From positions 627 to 64,626 of the forward strand of contig JADHWK010000008.1 in assembly GCA_016783505.1 (NCBI GenBank): a stretch of DNA of 64,000 bases, in the 5' to 3' direction. The notes under the pieces are model-generated. The model was not told the origin of the DNA. It was given only the letters and a program-made list of their open reading frames with translations, and searched no databases. Of this stretch, positions 9,077 to 18,720 are shown piece after piece. Source of the DNA: Candidatus Zhuqueibacterota bacterium (lineage in GTDB: Bacteria; BS750m-G25). Each line of letters starts with the position of its first letter. Position 1 is the first letter of the stretch. The translations under genes and the position numbers were made by a program.

Positions 9077-11197
9077 CTACTCTTTTTTTATGGCTCTCCC
9101 TTTGGCATAGTAGTAGCAGAAGAGGCAGAGTCCCACGAACCCGGCAAGGCTTAGGAGCTGTCCGGTCAGGCTCTCAAAATAACGGGAATAGCTGTCAATT
9201 TCCCAGATCACCTTACCCGTCTCTTCGACCACCCTGCGGACATACTGGGCCCCGATGGAAATGAAGCGGACGGGTTTGCCGATGTCGGGAAGGTTCAATA
9301 AGGCACCCATTACTCCCATTAACGCCCCTCCGGCGATGAAACCCGAAGCGATCAGGGTCCCCCGCTCCTTTGGTGAGCTTCCTCCCGGTTCCTTTTCCCG
9401 CTTCTTGGAAAGCCGGATTACCAGCCAGGAAACGATACCCCCGGCGAAGACCGGCATGTTGATCTGAATGGGGAGGTACATACCGAGGGCAAAGGCTAAG
9501 GGTGGCACCCCGGCCATTTCTAACAGAATGGCGCAGAGGGCCCCGAGGGCGAAGAGCAGGTAGGGGATTTCAGCTTCGATCATAAGCGATCTAATGATAA
9601 CCGCCATAAGGTTTCCCTGGGGGGCGGGGATGGCCGGGTTGGGGACACCGCCCTCAAGAATACTGCCCCCGATGGTGAAACCGTAGGATTTCTGGATCAA
9701 AAGGATGGCCAGGGAAACGGAAATAGCCGAGACTATCACGCCTAAGAATTTCCACCGCTGCTGATTCCGGGGCGTGTTTCCCAGCCAGTAGCCGATCTTC
9801 AGGTCGGTGATGAAACCGCCGGACATGGAAAGCGAGGTACAGACGACACAGCCCATAATGAGAGCCACCGTCATACCAACAACCCCGTCAAGTCCCACGG
9901 CAAGCAATACGAGGGCGGAGATGATCAGGGTAATCAAGGTCATTCCCGACACCGGATTTACCCCTACGATAGCGATGGCCCGGGCGGCCACGGGGGTGAA
10001 AAGAAAGGCCAGGACGGCCACGATAACCAGTCCTACTACAGCAACCTTCAGGGCAAAGCCCATCGTACCGGCCGGCGATGCAAAGAACCAGAAAGCGATA
10101 AGGATCAGAAGCAGGGTGCCCACGATGAAAAGAATCGTGTTTTTAATGTGCATGTCGGTGTCGGTCCTGGGCACCGATTCCCCCTCGGCGTGGGTTCCCC
10201 GGAAGATCTCCCGCAGCCCCACCGAGAAGGAAGTGACGATGATCTTTCCCATCTTGGCGATCCCGATGAACCCGGCCATGGCGATGGCCCCAATGCCGAT
10301 CTTCTGGACGTAGATGGAAAAGACCTCAAGCTCGGTCATCTGAGCGATGGGAATTTTACCCTCCCCGATGATGTCGGGAAAGTGCTGACCGAAATGATAG
10401 ACCAGGGGGAGAAAAACAAGGAAGGAGAGCACCGATCCTGCTGCGATGATGGAGGCATATTTGATCCCCACGATATAACCCAGACCGAATAGGGCGGCGG
10501 TGGCGTCGAGCTTGAAGATCCACCGGGTCTTATCGGCCAGGGTGGCCCCCAGCTTTCCCAGAATGGCGTCGGTGCGGATCTGCTTGGGCCAGACGTGCAT
10601 CGCTTCCACCAGAAAATCATAGATTCCACCCACGACCATTGAGATGGCCAGCACCTTGGCGGCTTTGCCGCCCGTCTCCCCGGTGGCCAGGATCTCGGTG
10701 GTGGCAACGGCCTCGGGAAAAGGTAGCTTTCCGTGTTCCTCGACACAGAAATACCTTCTTAAGGGAATGAGGAACAAAATCCCCGCAAACCCGCCCAGAC
10801 TACAGGCGATAAATGAGTGGAGGAGACTCACCTTCAGCCCCAGGATATAGAGCGCCGGGAGGGTGAAGATGGCCCCCGCCACCACCACCCCCGATGCGGC
10901 GCCGATGGACTGAATGATAACGTTCTCCGAAATCGTGCTCCTCCGGGTGTAGAGTCCGGCAATCCCCACCGCCAAGATGGCGATGGGGATAGCGGCCTCA
11001 AACACCTGACCTGCTACCAGCCCCAGATAGCAAGCGGCAAACGAGAAGAGCACAGCCATGAGGACCCCAATCAATACCGATCGTCTGGTGACCTCGGGGA
11101 TTCGCTCCTCCGCAGGGATGTAGGGGATGTACTTCTCCCCCTCCTTTAAGGGTGTGTAGGCGTTGGGGGGAAGACCCTTAACTTTTCTTTCTTCCAT
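9077..11197 (-). CDS. OPT-family oligopeptide transporter
   Basis: 706 aa, many TM helices; 'ENVIIQSIGAA', 'LPFPEA', 'QDLK-like TDLKIG' and 'PAPQGNLM' motifs. Confidence 0.92.
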   Translation of the reverse strand: MEERKVKGLPPNAYTPLKEGEKYIPYIPAEERIPEVTRRSVLIGVLMAVLFSFAACYLGLVAGQVFEAAIPIAILAVGIAGLYTRRSTISENVIIQSIGAASGVVVAGAIFTLPALYILGLKVSLLHSFIACSLGGFAGILFLIPLRRYFCVEEHGKLPFPEAVATTEILATGETGGKAAKVLAISMVVGGIYDFLVEAMHVWPKQIRTDAILGKLGATLADKTRWIFKLDATAALFGLGYIVGIKYASIIAAGSVLSFLVFLPLVYHFGQHFPDIIGEGKIPIAQMTELEVFSIYVQKIGIGAIAMAGFIGIAKMGKIIVTSFSVGLREIFRGTHAEGESVPRTDTDMHIKNTILFIVGTLLLILIAFWFFASPAGTMGFALKVAVVGLVIVAVLAFLFTPVAARAIAIVGVNPVSGMTLITLIISALVLLAVGLDGVVGMTVALIMGCVVCTSLSMSGGFITDLKIGYWLGNTPRNQQRWKFLGVIVSAISVSLAILLIQKSYGFTIGGSILEGGVPNPAIPAPQGNLMAVIIRSLMIEAEIPYLLFALGALCAILLEMAGVPPLAFALGMYLPIQINMPVFAGGIVSWLVIRLSKKREKEPGGSSPKERGTLIASGFIAGGALMGVMGALLNLPDIGKPVRFISIGAQYVRRVVEETGKVIWEIDSYSRYFESLTGQLLSLAGFVGLCLFCYYYAKGRAIKKE

Positions 11198-11497
11198 AGG
11201 CGGTCTCCTTTCTGATTAATTTAGGAACAGGAAAATCATTTCAGGGGAGAAGAAACTATAGGATGTCTCGGTGAGGGGGACAGCATGATGCCCGGCACTT
11301 GGATTTTATTGTTTCCAATATAATAAACAAAAGGGAATTTGTCAAACAAAAAGTTTATCGGAAATGGGTATTTAAATATTTTTTATAATAACTGTAAAAT
11401 ACCACTTGTATTTCTGGTTGGATTTTGTTAAATTTTACTGTTTTGAGCGAGGAGCCGTTTTGGATCATGATCGTTGGCCTTTTAAGGGTTTGGTTAA

Positions 11498-12400
11498 ATG
11501 TCCCTTTTGAGAAAAAAATACCGCCGCATCTCCCGGCGGCTCACAAACTTTGAGCTTCAACGGTTGAAGAAACCCAACATCTCCTTATCCATGGAAGACC
11601 TTACGGAGGAGCTGGAGAAAAAGGAGGGATCAGAATTTTTTCTGGGCTTTTATTCTGATGAGGGCATTCGCACCGCCCTGGACCGGTTTGGCATCCTGGG
11701 GGAACTGGAAGAAAGGGGTTTTGCTAACCTGAAGATCGTTATCAACACCAGGGATCCTTATCGTCAAAAACTGCGGCTCTATTTTGAGCGAAAAGTCCCC
11801 TCCCATCTGCTGGCTGAGTTCTACGTACGCAAATATATCTTTAAGGCCAAACCCATCTTCCAGTCTGGTTTGGAGGGTCAGATTTTTGAGATGGTCGCCG
11901 TGGAATGGCTGCTTTTGCAAAACCCCCGGGCCTCTTTCACCCCTCAGCATCCCCAACTTCCGGGCCAGCAGTATCCGGGGTTGGGGATGGGCGAAAAGGT
12001 GCTGGAGATCCTCCGCAATATGTGCCTTCGGCTAAGGGCTGACGGACTACTGAACATTCCCGAACACTACCACAACGCCATCCTTTACGCCGGTGAGTTT
12101 AAATATTTCAATCCAGAGACCGAAGGCAAACTCTGGGCTATCCACCGGGACTTACGAGACTGGTCTTTGGCGGACTTAAGCTGGGCCATTGAATGGGGCT
12201 GTCTTCAGGACAAGGGGAACGGAGCCCGAGCCCCCTGGTTTACTGAAGAGCAGATTCTGGCCACCTCCCAGCGCCTAAAAAATTACTTTGATTCCTCAGA
12301 ATACAAAAAGAGGGTCAAGGAATCATTAAAATCCCATAACTATCAGATAGATGTTCCCCGATTTGAGAGAGAAAAGAGACTCCACCCTTTTAAGGAGTAA
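11498..12400 (+). CDS. Conserved hypothetical protein
   Basis: Long ORF in backbone codon style with conserved-looking 'WLLLQNPR', 'LPGQQYPGLG' and 'HYHNA' segments; function not assignable. Confidence 0.6.
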   Translation: MSLLRKKYRRISRRLTNFELQRLKKPNISLSMEDLTEELEKKEGSEFFLGFYSDEGIRTALDRFGILGELEERGFANLKIVINTRDPYRQKLRLYFERKVPSHLLAEFYVRKYIFKAKPIFQSGLEGQIFEMVAVEWLLLQNPRASFTPQHPQLPGQQYPGLGMGEKVLEILRNMCLRLRADGLLNIPEHYHNAILYAGEFKYFNPETEGKLWAIHRDLRDWSLADLSWAIEWGCLQDKGNGARAPWFTEEQILATSQRLKNYFDSSEYKKRVKESLKSHNYQIDVPRFEREKRLHPFKE

Positions 12401-12403
12401 GGA

Positions 12404-13159
12404 CTGAAGGTCCGGGAAATCACCGTCCGGTCCGTTTTGACTCGATCCCGCATCCCCGGGGTGACCTACTGTATCAATCCCTACAGGGGATGCGAGCACG
12501 GCTGTCGCTACTGTTACGCCGACTTTATGTGCCGATTCAGGGAACCCCAAGAACCGTGGGGATCCTTCCTCGATGCCAAGGTGAACGCCCCTGAACTGCT
12601 GAAAAGAGAATTAAAAACGGCGAAGCCGGGATCAATCCTGCTAAGTTCGGTGACCGACCCCTACCAGCCGGTAGAGGGGAAATATGAATTAACAAAAAGA
12701 TGTCTTCAGGTTCTTAGATTTCATAAGTTTCCGGTTGAAATCTTAACCAAGTCAGTGATGGTAACCCGGGATGTTGATCTTTTGACCCAATTTGACGACC
12801 TCCGGGTGGGCATGACGGTGACCACCGATGATGAGGCCGTTCAGAAGCTTTTTGAACCCAACTCTCCCCCCACCACGAGGAGGGTTGAAACGCTGCGAAA
12901 ACTGAAGGCGATGGGGATAAAGACCTACGCCTTTGTGGGGCCGGCCCTGCCCATGGACCCGGAGAGGCTGGGTCGGATGCTGGTTGGGACGGTGGATTTC
13001 GTCTATTTTGACCGGATGAATTACCGGTGGAAGGTGGAAGGGATCTACCGTAAGTACGGTCTCCAGGATTTCCTGAATCCGAATTATTTTCACAGGGTTC
13101 AGTCCACAATAGTAACAATAATAAAAAATCAAGGGGTTGAGTATCAAGTAAGAGGGTAG
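12404..13159 (+). CDS. SPL-like radical SAM protein
   Basis: NPYRGCEHGCRYCYA (CxxxCxxC) and SSVTDPYQP. The frame is open from CTG12404, 6 nt after AAGGAG; the track start is TTG12437. Confidence 0.85.
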   Translation: MKVREITVRSVLTRSRIPGVTYCINPYRGCEHGCRYCYADFMCRFREPQEPWGSFLDAKVNAPELLKRELKTAKPGSILLSSVTDPYQPVEGKYELTKRCLQVLRFHKFPVEILTKSVMVTRDVDLLTQFDDLRVGMTVTTDDEAVQKLFEPNSPPTTRRVETLRKLKAMGIKTYAFVGPALPMDPERLGRMLVGTVDFVYFDRMNYRWKVEGIYRKYGLQDFLNPNYFHRVQSTIVTIIKNQGVEYQVRG

Positions 13160-13164
13160 TCATT

Positions 13165-13392
13165 ATGCCCATTTTTGAATATAAATGCCGGCAGTGCGGC
13201 GAGAAATTTGAAGAGTTAATTTTTTCTAGTCAAGGAGAAGGCGGGGTGGGATGTCCACACTGTGGATCCGGGGAGGTGGAAAAATGTCCATCCCTATTCG
13301 GATTTTCATCGGGGTCGAAAACGGTCAGTTCCGTCCATAGTTCCTCCTGCAGTAGCTGTTCAGTCCCGAGCTGTAACACATGCCGTCCTTAG
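13165..13392 (+). CDS. FmdB-family zinc-ribbon protein
   Basis: MPIFEYKCRQCG...CPHCGS and a Cys-rich tail. Confidence 0.88.
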   Translation: MPIFEYKCRQCGEKFEELIFSSQGEGGVGCPHCGSGEVEKCPSLFGFSSGSKTVSSVHSSSCSSCSVPSCNTCRP

Positions 13393-13766
13393 CCGTGGGC
13401 CGCAAGACCACCCCAGGGGAGACCCCCTTTGGTCTCACGGCCGGATAATCGCTCGTGAGCCCTTAACTTGCCGTCTCGGAATTTCTAAGAAAGAGCTTTA
13501 AAGTAAATCAAAATATCAGTCCCGAAGGTTCGGGATAGGAAGGGGATCAGATTACCAGAATATCATATTTTATCCTGTCCCAAGATCGTTCCGAATGTTC
13601 TGATCCACCCTGGTGAAACGGGTCTACGACTGATATTCTTCCCATTGATACCCTGATATACTTACTGCCCATTATTCCGGTTGCCTCAAAGGGGCTAAGT
13701 TCTTTTTTCCTTGCCTCTTTCTAAATTATTTCCTAAATTAAGACTGATTATGTTTAAGGAGGGGAA

Positions 13767-14108
13767 ATGAAACTGAAGACACGAAAAGAAGATGGGAATG
13801 TGGCTGTCCTGGAGATAAAGGGAAAGGTGATGGGGGGACCGGATTTTACCCTGTTCAACGATGAACTCCATCAGCTGGTAGACGAGGGCATCAAAAAATT
13901 TGTCTTTGACCTCTCCGGGGTCACCTGGATGAACTCATCGGGGCTGGGCATCCTGATCAGCGGATTAACCACCATCAGCAACAACGGGGGGGAGCTGAGG
14001 TTGGCCAGCATCACCAAGAAGATCGAAAGCCTGTTCATGATCACCAAGCTGGTCACCATCTTCGATACCCGGGACTCGGTGGAAGAGGCCATTAAGAGCT
14101 TTAACTGA
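13767..14108 (+). CDS. STAS-domain anti-sigma-factor antagonist (RsbV/SpoIIAA-like)
   Basis: DLSGVTWMNSSGLG phospho-acceptor motif; GGAGG RBS. Confidence 0.9.
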   Translation: MKLKTRKEDGNVAVLEIKGKVMGGPDFTLFNDELHQLVDEGIKKFVFDLSGVTWMNSSGLGILISGLTTISNNGGELRLASITKKIESLFMITKLVTIFDTRDSVEEAIKSFN

Positions 14109-14109
14109 A

Positions 14110-15936
14110 ATGGCAGAAGAGATCGAGAAACTCACTGCAGCAATTACGAATCTGGGCCTTGCCGTCCAGGATTTAACCCAGAGGGTAAAGGAAGGGCAGG
14201 GTTATTCAAAAGGGGAAGTTGAGGTCCTGACCACCCTGGCCCGGCAGTTGGGGGAACTGGTTGAAAAGAATCAGATTTTTCAGGGGACTCTGCAGCTACA
14301 AAAGGAGAACGAGATGCTCAACCTCCTGGGTCAGAAACTGGGTTCTGCCCTCCATTTGGACGAAGTCCTTTCCCTGATCATCGAGTCCCTGAAGGAAGTG
14401 GTGCCATATGATGCTGTCGGGATCTATCTGGTGGATCCCCAGGGAGGCCGGATCGTCGCTGAGACCCTGAGAGGTTACGATCTGGAGATGGAGGAAAAAT
14501 GCAGGGTCAAGGTAGGGGAAGGGGTGATGGGTTGGGTGGTGAAGACAGCTCAGGGGGCTATCGTCCCCGATGTATCCCGGGATCCCCGTTACGTCAACGC
14601 CCGCCCCCAGACCCGTTCTGAAATGGCCTATCCCTTAAAGAGTGACGGCCGGGTAATCGGTTGTTTTAATCTGGAAAGCGACCGCCTCGACGCCTACACC
14701 CCAGAGCATCTGAAGCTTTTGGAGGTCTTTGCCAACCACACCGTGGTGGCCATTGAGAGGGCTCAACTCCATCAGGAGTTGGTTAAGAAACGGCGGCTGG
14801 AGGATGAGCTCTTGATCGCCCGCCGCATTCAGAAGAGCTTCCTGCCCCGGGAGAACCCCAGCTTCGGCAGCCTGGATATCTGCGGGCTGAACATCCCCTC
14901 TGAGGAGGTGGGGGGGGACTACTACGACTTCATTACGCTGACGGACACCGACCTGGGGGTGGCCATCGGGGATGTAGCCGGTAAGGGGATCGCCGGGGCT
15001 CTCATCATGGCCAGCTTCCAGGCCAGTCTCCGCAGTGAGAGCCACAACAACTTTGCCATCCGCACCATCCTGAAAAAAGTCAATCATTTCCTCTTCGAGA
15101 CCACCTCAAGCGAGCGGTTCGTCACCGCTTTCTACGGGGTTATTGACTGCAAACAGATGGTCCTCACCTACGCCAATGCGGGTCACGATCCCCCCTTGTT
15201 GTTCCGTTCGACGGGAGAAACGCTATATCTAGAAAAAGGGGGCAGCATGCTGGGGGCCTTTGACGGGGCGGAATTTAAGGAGGAAAGGGTGGGTCTTAAG
15301 CCCGGCGATGTGCTGATCCTGTATACCGATGGGGCCACCGAAGCCCGGGATAAAAAGGGGGAGGAGTTCGGAGTCCGCCGGCTGGAAGAAGCCGTCCGAG
15401 AGCATCGGGACCTTGAGGCCCGAAAGCTGGTGGACAGCCTGTACCGGGCTATCGCTGGGTTTACGGATATCTCCACCCAGGAGGACGACATTACCCTGGT
15501 GGCTATTAAGGTGGCGGAGGAGAATGAAACCCTGCTGATCGAAAGTCGCCCCGAGGAAGTGGAGAAGGCCGATGAGCTGGCTGAACAGGTGGCCCGAAAG
15601 ATGGGATTTTTCCAGGATGAAGTGGATAACCTGGCCATTGCTGTCACCGAGGTGGTGAACAACGCCATCATCCACGGGAATAAGCTGGATCCTGGCAAGC
15701 ACGTGTGCATCCGCTTCATCCATAAGGGGGACCGGCTGGAGGTTCGGGTAAAGGACGAGGGCGAGGGGTTTGATCCCTCTAAGTTGGCCGACCCCACCCG
15801 GCCCGAGAACCTGATGAAAAAGGAGGGTAGGGGCATCTTCGTGATCCGGCATCTGGTGGATGATGTCTCCTTTAAAAGAATGCAGGATGGGATGGAAGTC
15901 ATTCTGGTAAAATATCATAGAAAGGATAATTATTAG
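14110..15936 (+). CDS. GAF + PP2C (SpoIIE/RsbU) phosphatase + HATPase (RsbW-like) fusion
   Basis: GAF segment (GEGVMGWV...DPRY); PP2C motifs VGGDYYD, GDVAGKG, NAGH, YTDG, DDIT; C-terminal EVVNNAIIHGN, DEGEGFD, GRGIF. Confidence 0.88.
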   Translation: MAEEIEKLTAAITNLGLAVQDLTQRVKEGQGYSKGEVEVLTTLARQLGELVEKNQIFQGTLQLQKENEMLNLLGQKLGSALHLDEVLSLIIESLKEVVPYDAVGIYLVDPQGGRIVAETLRGYDLEMEEKCRVKVGEGVMGWVVKTAQGAIVPDVSRDPRYVNARPQTRSEMAYPLKSDGRVIGCFNLESDRLDAYTPEHLKLLEVFANHTVVAIERAQLHQELVKKRRLEDELLIARRIQKSFLPRENPSFGSLDICGLNIPSEEVGGDYYDFITLTDTDLGVAIGDVAGKGIAGALIMASFQASLRSESHNNFAIRTILKKVNHFLFETTSSERFVTAFYGVIDCKQMVLTYANAGHDPPLLFRSTGETLYLEKGGSMLGAFDGAEFKEERVGLKPGDVLILYTDGATEARDKKGEEFGVRRLEEAVREHRDLEARKLVDSLYRAIAGFTDISTQEDDITLVAIKVAEENETLLIESRPEEVEKADELAEQVARKMGFFQDEVDNLAIAVTEVVNNAIIHGNKLDPGKHVCIRFIHKGDRLEVRVKDEGEGFDPSKLADPTRPENLMKKEGRGIFVIRHLVDDVSFKRMQDGMEVILVKYHRKDNY

Positions 15937-16143
15937 TTTGGAGTGCGTCAACCCCGTTAGATAATCATCTTGCAAGGTTAGGTAAATTAGACAGTTGTCA
16001 GTATCTAAGGGGTCAACCGTGTTGAAGCATAAAGCGACATCCCGAATGATCGGGACAGGTTGGTCGCTTTACTCCAAAGCATTAAATTGACACGATCAAT
16101 TCAATCAACAGTTCGGGTTTAACTTAACAGCAGGGTTAAAATT

Positions 16144-16641
16144 ATGGGAACCAAAATTTCTATCTATCCGGGGACGTTTGACCCCATCACCAATGGGCAC
16201 ATTGACATCATCGAAAGGGCCAGGGTGCTGTTTGATCGGGTTATCGTGACCATTGCGTTAAATCAGGAAAAGCAGCCCCTGTTTACCGTTGAAGAGCGCA
16301 AGGAGATGATCAGGCAGTCTACCGAGCACATCGAAGGGGTCGAGGTGGACGATTTTGGCGGCCTATTGGTTCATTATGCCCAGGGAAAGGGGGCCATCGC
16401 CCTCATCAGGGGCCTGCGAGCCGTGTCCGACTTTGAATATGAATTTCAGATGGCCCTGATGAACAAAAAACTGGCCAAAAACCTGCTGACTGTCTTTTTG
16501 ATGCCCAACGAAAAATACACCTACCTGGATTCCACTATCGTAAAGGAGGTAGCCCAATTGGGGGGAAATATCTCCTGCTTTGTGCCCCCTTTTGTGGTGA
16601 AGAAACTCAAGGAAAAATTTCAAACAGGAAAAGGGGATTGA
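16144..16641 (+). CDS. coaD: Phosphopantetheine adenylyltransferase
   Basis: YPGTFDPITNGHIDI and RGLRAVSDFEYE motifs. Confidence 0.97.
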   Translation: MGTKISIYPGTFDPITNGHIDIIERARVLFDRVIVTIALNQEKQPLFTVEERKEMIRQSTEHIEGVEVDDFGGLLVHYAQGKGAIALIRGLRAVSDFEYEFQMALMNKKLAKNLLTVFLMPNEKYTYLDSTIVKEVAQLGGNISCFVPPFVVKKLKEKFQTGKGD

Positions 16642-16721
16642 CAAAAGCTTTTGCCGAAAGTTAAGCTTCGAAGTTTGGCTTCTGTGAAAAATCAACCACG
16701 GCTAAAATAGTACTTTTAGAG

Positions 16722-16747
16722 AAAAGCCGGAAAAAACCGGCTTTTTT
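16722..16747 (+). terminator. Intrinsic terminator after coaD
   Basis: AAAAGCCGG-aaaaaa-CCGGCTTTTTT. Confidence 0.7.
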
Positions 16748-16772
16748 GGTATTTGCTATAAACTAAAGGCGT

Positions 16773-17678
16773 TTGCGGATGCTTCTTGATTTACCCTATT
16801 TAGGGGAAATACTATCCCTCTCTTGTGCCATTATCTGGGCCACAGCCGTTATCCTCTTCAAAAAGAGCGGGGAAACGGTCCATCCCTTGGGCTTGAATCT
16901 CTTTAAAAACCTGCTGGGATTGGTTCTTTTTCTGCCCACCTTTATGGTTTTTGGGGAAAGACTGATTGTGGGAGCCCCATTAAAAGATTACCTGCTGCTT
17001 ATGGCCAGTGGAGTAATCGGAATTGGATTGGCAGATACCCTTTTCTTTAAGAGTCTTAACCTCTTAGGCGCAGGCCTATCAGCCATTGTCAATTGCCTCT
17101 ACAGTCCCTTCATAATCGGACTGGCCGTCCTCTTCCTCAGTGAAGGGATGAGTGGATTACAGCTATTTGGTGTATTTCTAATAATCACCGCAGTTTTCAC
17201 CGTCTCCCAACTGAAAGAGAAAACCCATATCTCCCGTCATGATTTGATATTGGGAATCCTGCTGGGGGTTTTAGCAATGGCTTTGATGGCCATCGGGATT
17301 GTAATGATCAAGCCGCTGCTGGACCGTTCTCCCCTGCTCTGGGTGATTGAGGTGCGACTTTTAGCTGGTTGTGGGATTTTAGGGATAATTCTCTGGTTTT
17401 ATCCGGGTCGTCAAAGGATAATGGCTTCCGTTTTATCAGTGCGAAATTGGCGGTATATGCTGCCGGGCTCTTTCGTCGGTGCCTACCTCGCATTAGTCGT
17501 CTGGATGGGGGGGATGAAATATACCGAGATGTCCATTGCTTCGGCCCTGAACCAGACCAGCAATATCTTCGTCTTTATTTTGGCCGCCATCTTTCTTAAA
17601 GAGCCCGTTAATTTTCAACGAACGGCGGGAATAATTTTAGCTATTGTAGGCGTTGTTATGGTCGCTTTTTTTCGGTAA
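16773..17678 (+). CDS. DMT/EamA-family transporter
   Basis: About 10 TM helices in two EamA-like halves. Confidence 0.85.
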   Translation: MRMLLDLPYLGEILSLSCAIIWATAVILFKKSGETVHPLGLNLFKNLLGLVLFLPTFMVFGERLIVGAPLKDYLLLMASGVIGIGLADTLFFKSLNLLGAGLSAIVNCLYSPFIIGLAVLFLSEGMSGLQLFGVFLIITAVFTVSQLKEKTHISRHDLILGILLGVLAMALMAIGIVMIKPLLDRSPLLWVIEVRLLAGCGILGIILWFYPGRQRIMASVLSVRNWRYMLPGSFVGAYLALVVWMGGMKYTEMSIASALNQTSNIFVFILAAIFLKEPVNFQRTAGIILAIVGVVMVAFFR

Positions 17679-17684
17679 TACCAA

Positions 17685-17710
17685 AAAATCCGTCCTAAGG
17701 GACGGATTTT
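17685..17710. terminator. Bidirectional terminator between the DMT gene and tRNA-Ser
   Basis: AAAATCCGTCC-taa-GGGACGGATTTT. Confidence 0.7.
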
Positions 17711-17718
17711 TAGTTAAG

Positions 17719-17807
17719 CGGAGAGGGAGGGATTCGAACCCCCGGCCCCGATTACTCAGGACAACGGTTTTCGAGACCGCCCCGTTCGACCGCTCCGGCA
17801 CCTCTCC
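17719..17807 (-). tRNA. tRNA-Ser(CGA)
   Basis: GGAGAGG/CTCTCC acceptor stem, anticodon loop CTCGAAA, long variable arm, GTTCGAATC; CCA not encoded. Confidence 0.95.
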
Positions 17808-17889
17808 ACGGGATATCATCTGTCAGTAGTTTAGCTAAGGTTATTCTGTAATATTTTTTTCGGTTGTCACGATGTTTCCGAATCTGGGA

Positions 17890-18348
17890 TTATGTTTTCT
17901 CCCTGACCTTCTGGAAAAACGACTTTAGCAACTCCTCGCATTCGCCTCTTAGCACCCCTGAAATGACGTTGGACCGATGGTTGAGGCGTCCATCCTGCAC
18001 AATATTATACTGGGAGGAACAGGCCCCGGCCTTGGGGTCTGGGGCGCCAAAAAAGACGTTTTCTATCCGGGCTAAGACCACAGCCCCGGCGCACATGGGG
18101 CAGGGTTCCAGGGTTACATAAAGGGAAGCCCCTTCCAATCGCCACGTTCCCAAAGTGTTCGCAGCAGCGGAAAGGGCGATCATCTCGGCATGGGCGGTGG
18201 GGTCCTGAAGGCGTTCGGTCATGTTGTGCCCCCGCCCGATGATTTTCTCCTGATGGACGACCACCGCCCCCACGGGGACTTCATCCTCCCGAAGGGCTTC
18301 TTTAGCCTCCTGAAGGGCTTTTGTCATCCACTTTTCGTGCTCATCCAT
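17890..18348 (-). CDS. tadA: tRNA adenosine(34) deaminase
   Basis: EVPVGAV, HAEM and [11 protein letters not shown] motifs. True start ATG18348; the track's upstream extension runs through tRNA genes. Confidence 0.95.
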   Translation of the reverse strand: MDEHEKWMTKALQEAKEALREDEVPVGAVVVHQEKIIGRGHNMTERLQDPTAHAEMIALSAAANTLGTWRLEGASLYVTLEPCPMCAGAVVLARIENVFFGAPDPKAGACSSQYNIVQDGRLNHRSNVISGVLRGECEELLKSFFQKVREKT

Positions 18349-18356
18349 AAAGGTAG

Positions 18357-18430
18357 TACGCCCGGAGGGACTCGAACCCCCAACCTTGTGGTCCGTAGCC
18401 ACACGCTCTATCCAATTGAGCCACGGGCGC
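18357..18430 (-). tRNA. tRNA-Arg(ACG)
   Basis: Cloverleaf with anticodon arm TGTGG-CTACGGA-CCACA and GTTCGAGTC. Confidence 0.95.
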
Positions 18431-18435
18431 ATAAG

Positions 18436-18506
18436 TAGCGCGTACGGGAATCGAACCCGTGTTATCCCGAAGTATCGGGATGTCATAGACCCCTGACGAA
18501 CGCGCC
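18436..18506 (-). pseudogene. Degenerate tRNA-Glu copy with the anticodon arm replaced by a palindrome
   Basis: Near-identical to 18536-18608 except that CCGGCGTGAGAGGCCGGC is replaced by TCCCGAAGTATCGGGAT and the D arm has small changes. Confidence 0.8.
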
Positions 18507-18532
18507 AAGAATTAATGAAAGGGTGGTGACTC

Positions 18533-18608
18533 TGGTAGCGCGTACGGGAATCGAACCCGTGTTACCGGCGTGAGAGGCCGGCGTCCTAGACCCCTAGACG
18601 AACGCGCC
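18533..18608 (-). tRNA. tRNA-Glu(CTC)
   Basis: Anticodon arm CCGGC-CTCTCAC-GCCGG, GTTCGATTC, CCA encoded. Confidence 0.95.
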
Positions 18609-18720
18609 ATTAATCATATAACTAAATGACAATTATTTATCAATTGTCTGGTTAAGTCACATAATGGCTTGAATTGAACAATATTGAGGAATAGAAAACC
18701 TCCCTAACTTTTGATTAGAG

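Noticed and set aside
7005-15975. Long antisense ORFs (e.g. 7005-7472, 9807-10313, 15183-15902, 15229-15975)
   Set aside because: They are shadows of well-supported GC-rich genes on the opposite strand, with no motifs of their own.
17637-17819. 60-aa minus-strand ORF
   Set aside because: It is a translation of tRNA-Ser. The ORFs at 18791-18982 and 18852-19187 likewise overlap tRNA-Gln.
18349-18486. N-terminal 46-aa extension of tadA in the ORF track
   Set aside because: It is read-through across tRNA-Arg and the pseudo-tRNA-Glu; TadA homology starts at ATG18348.
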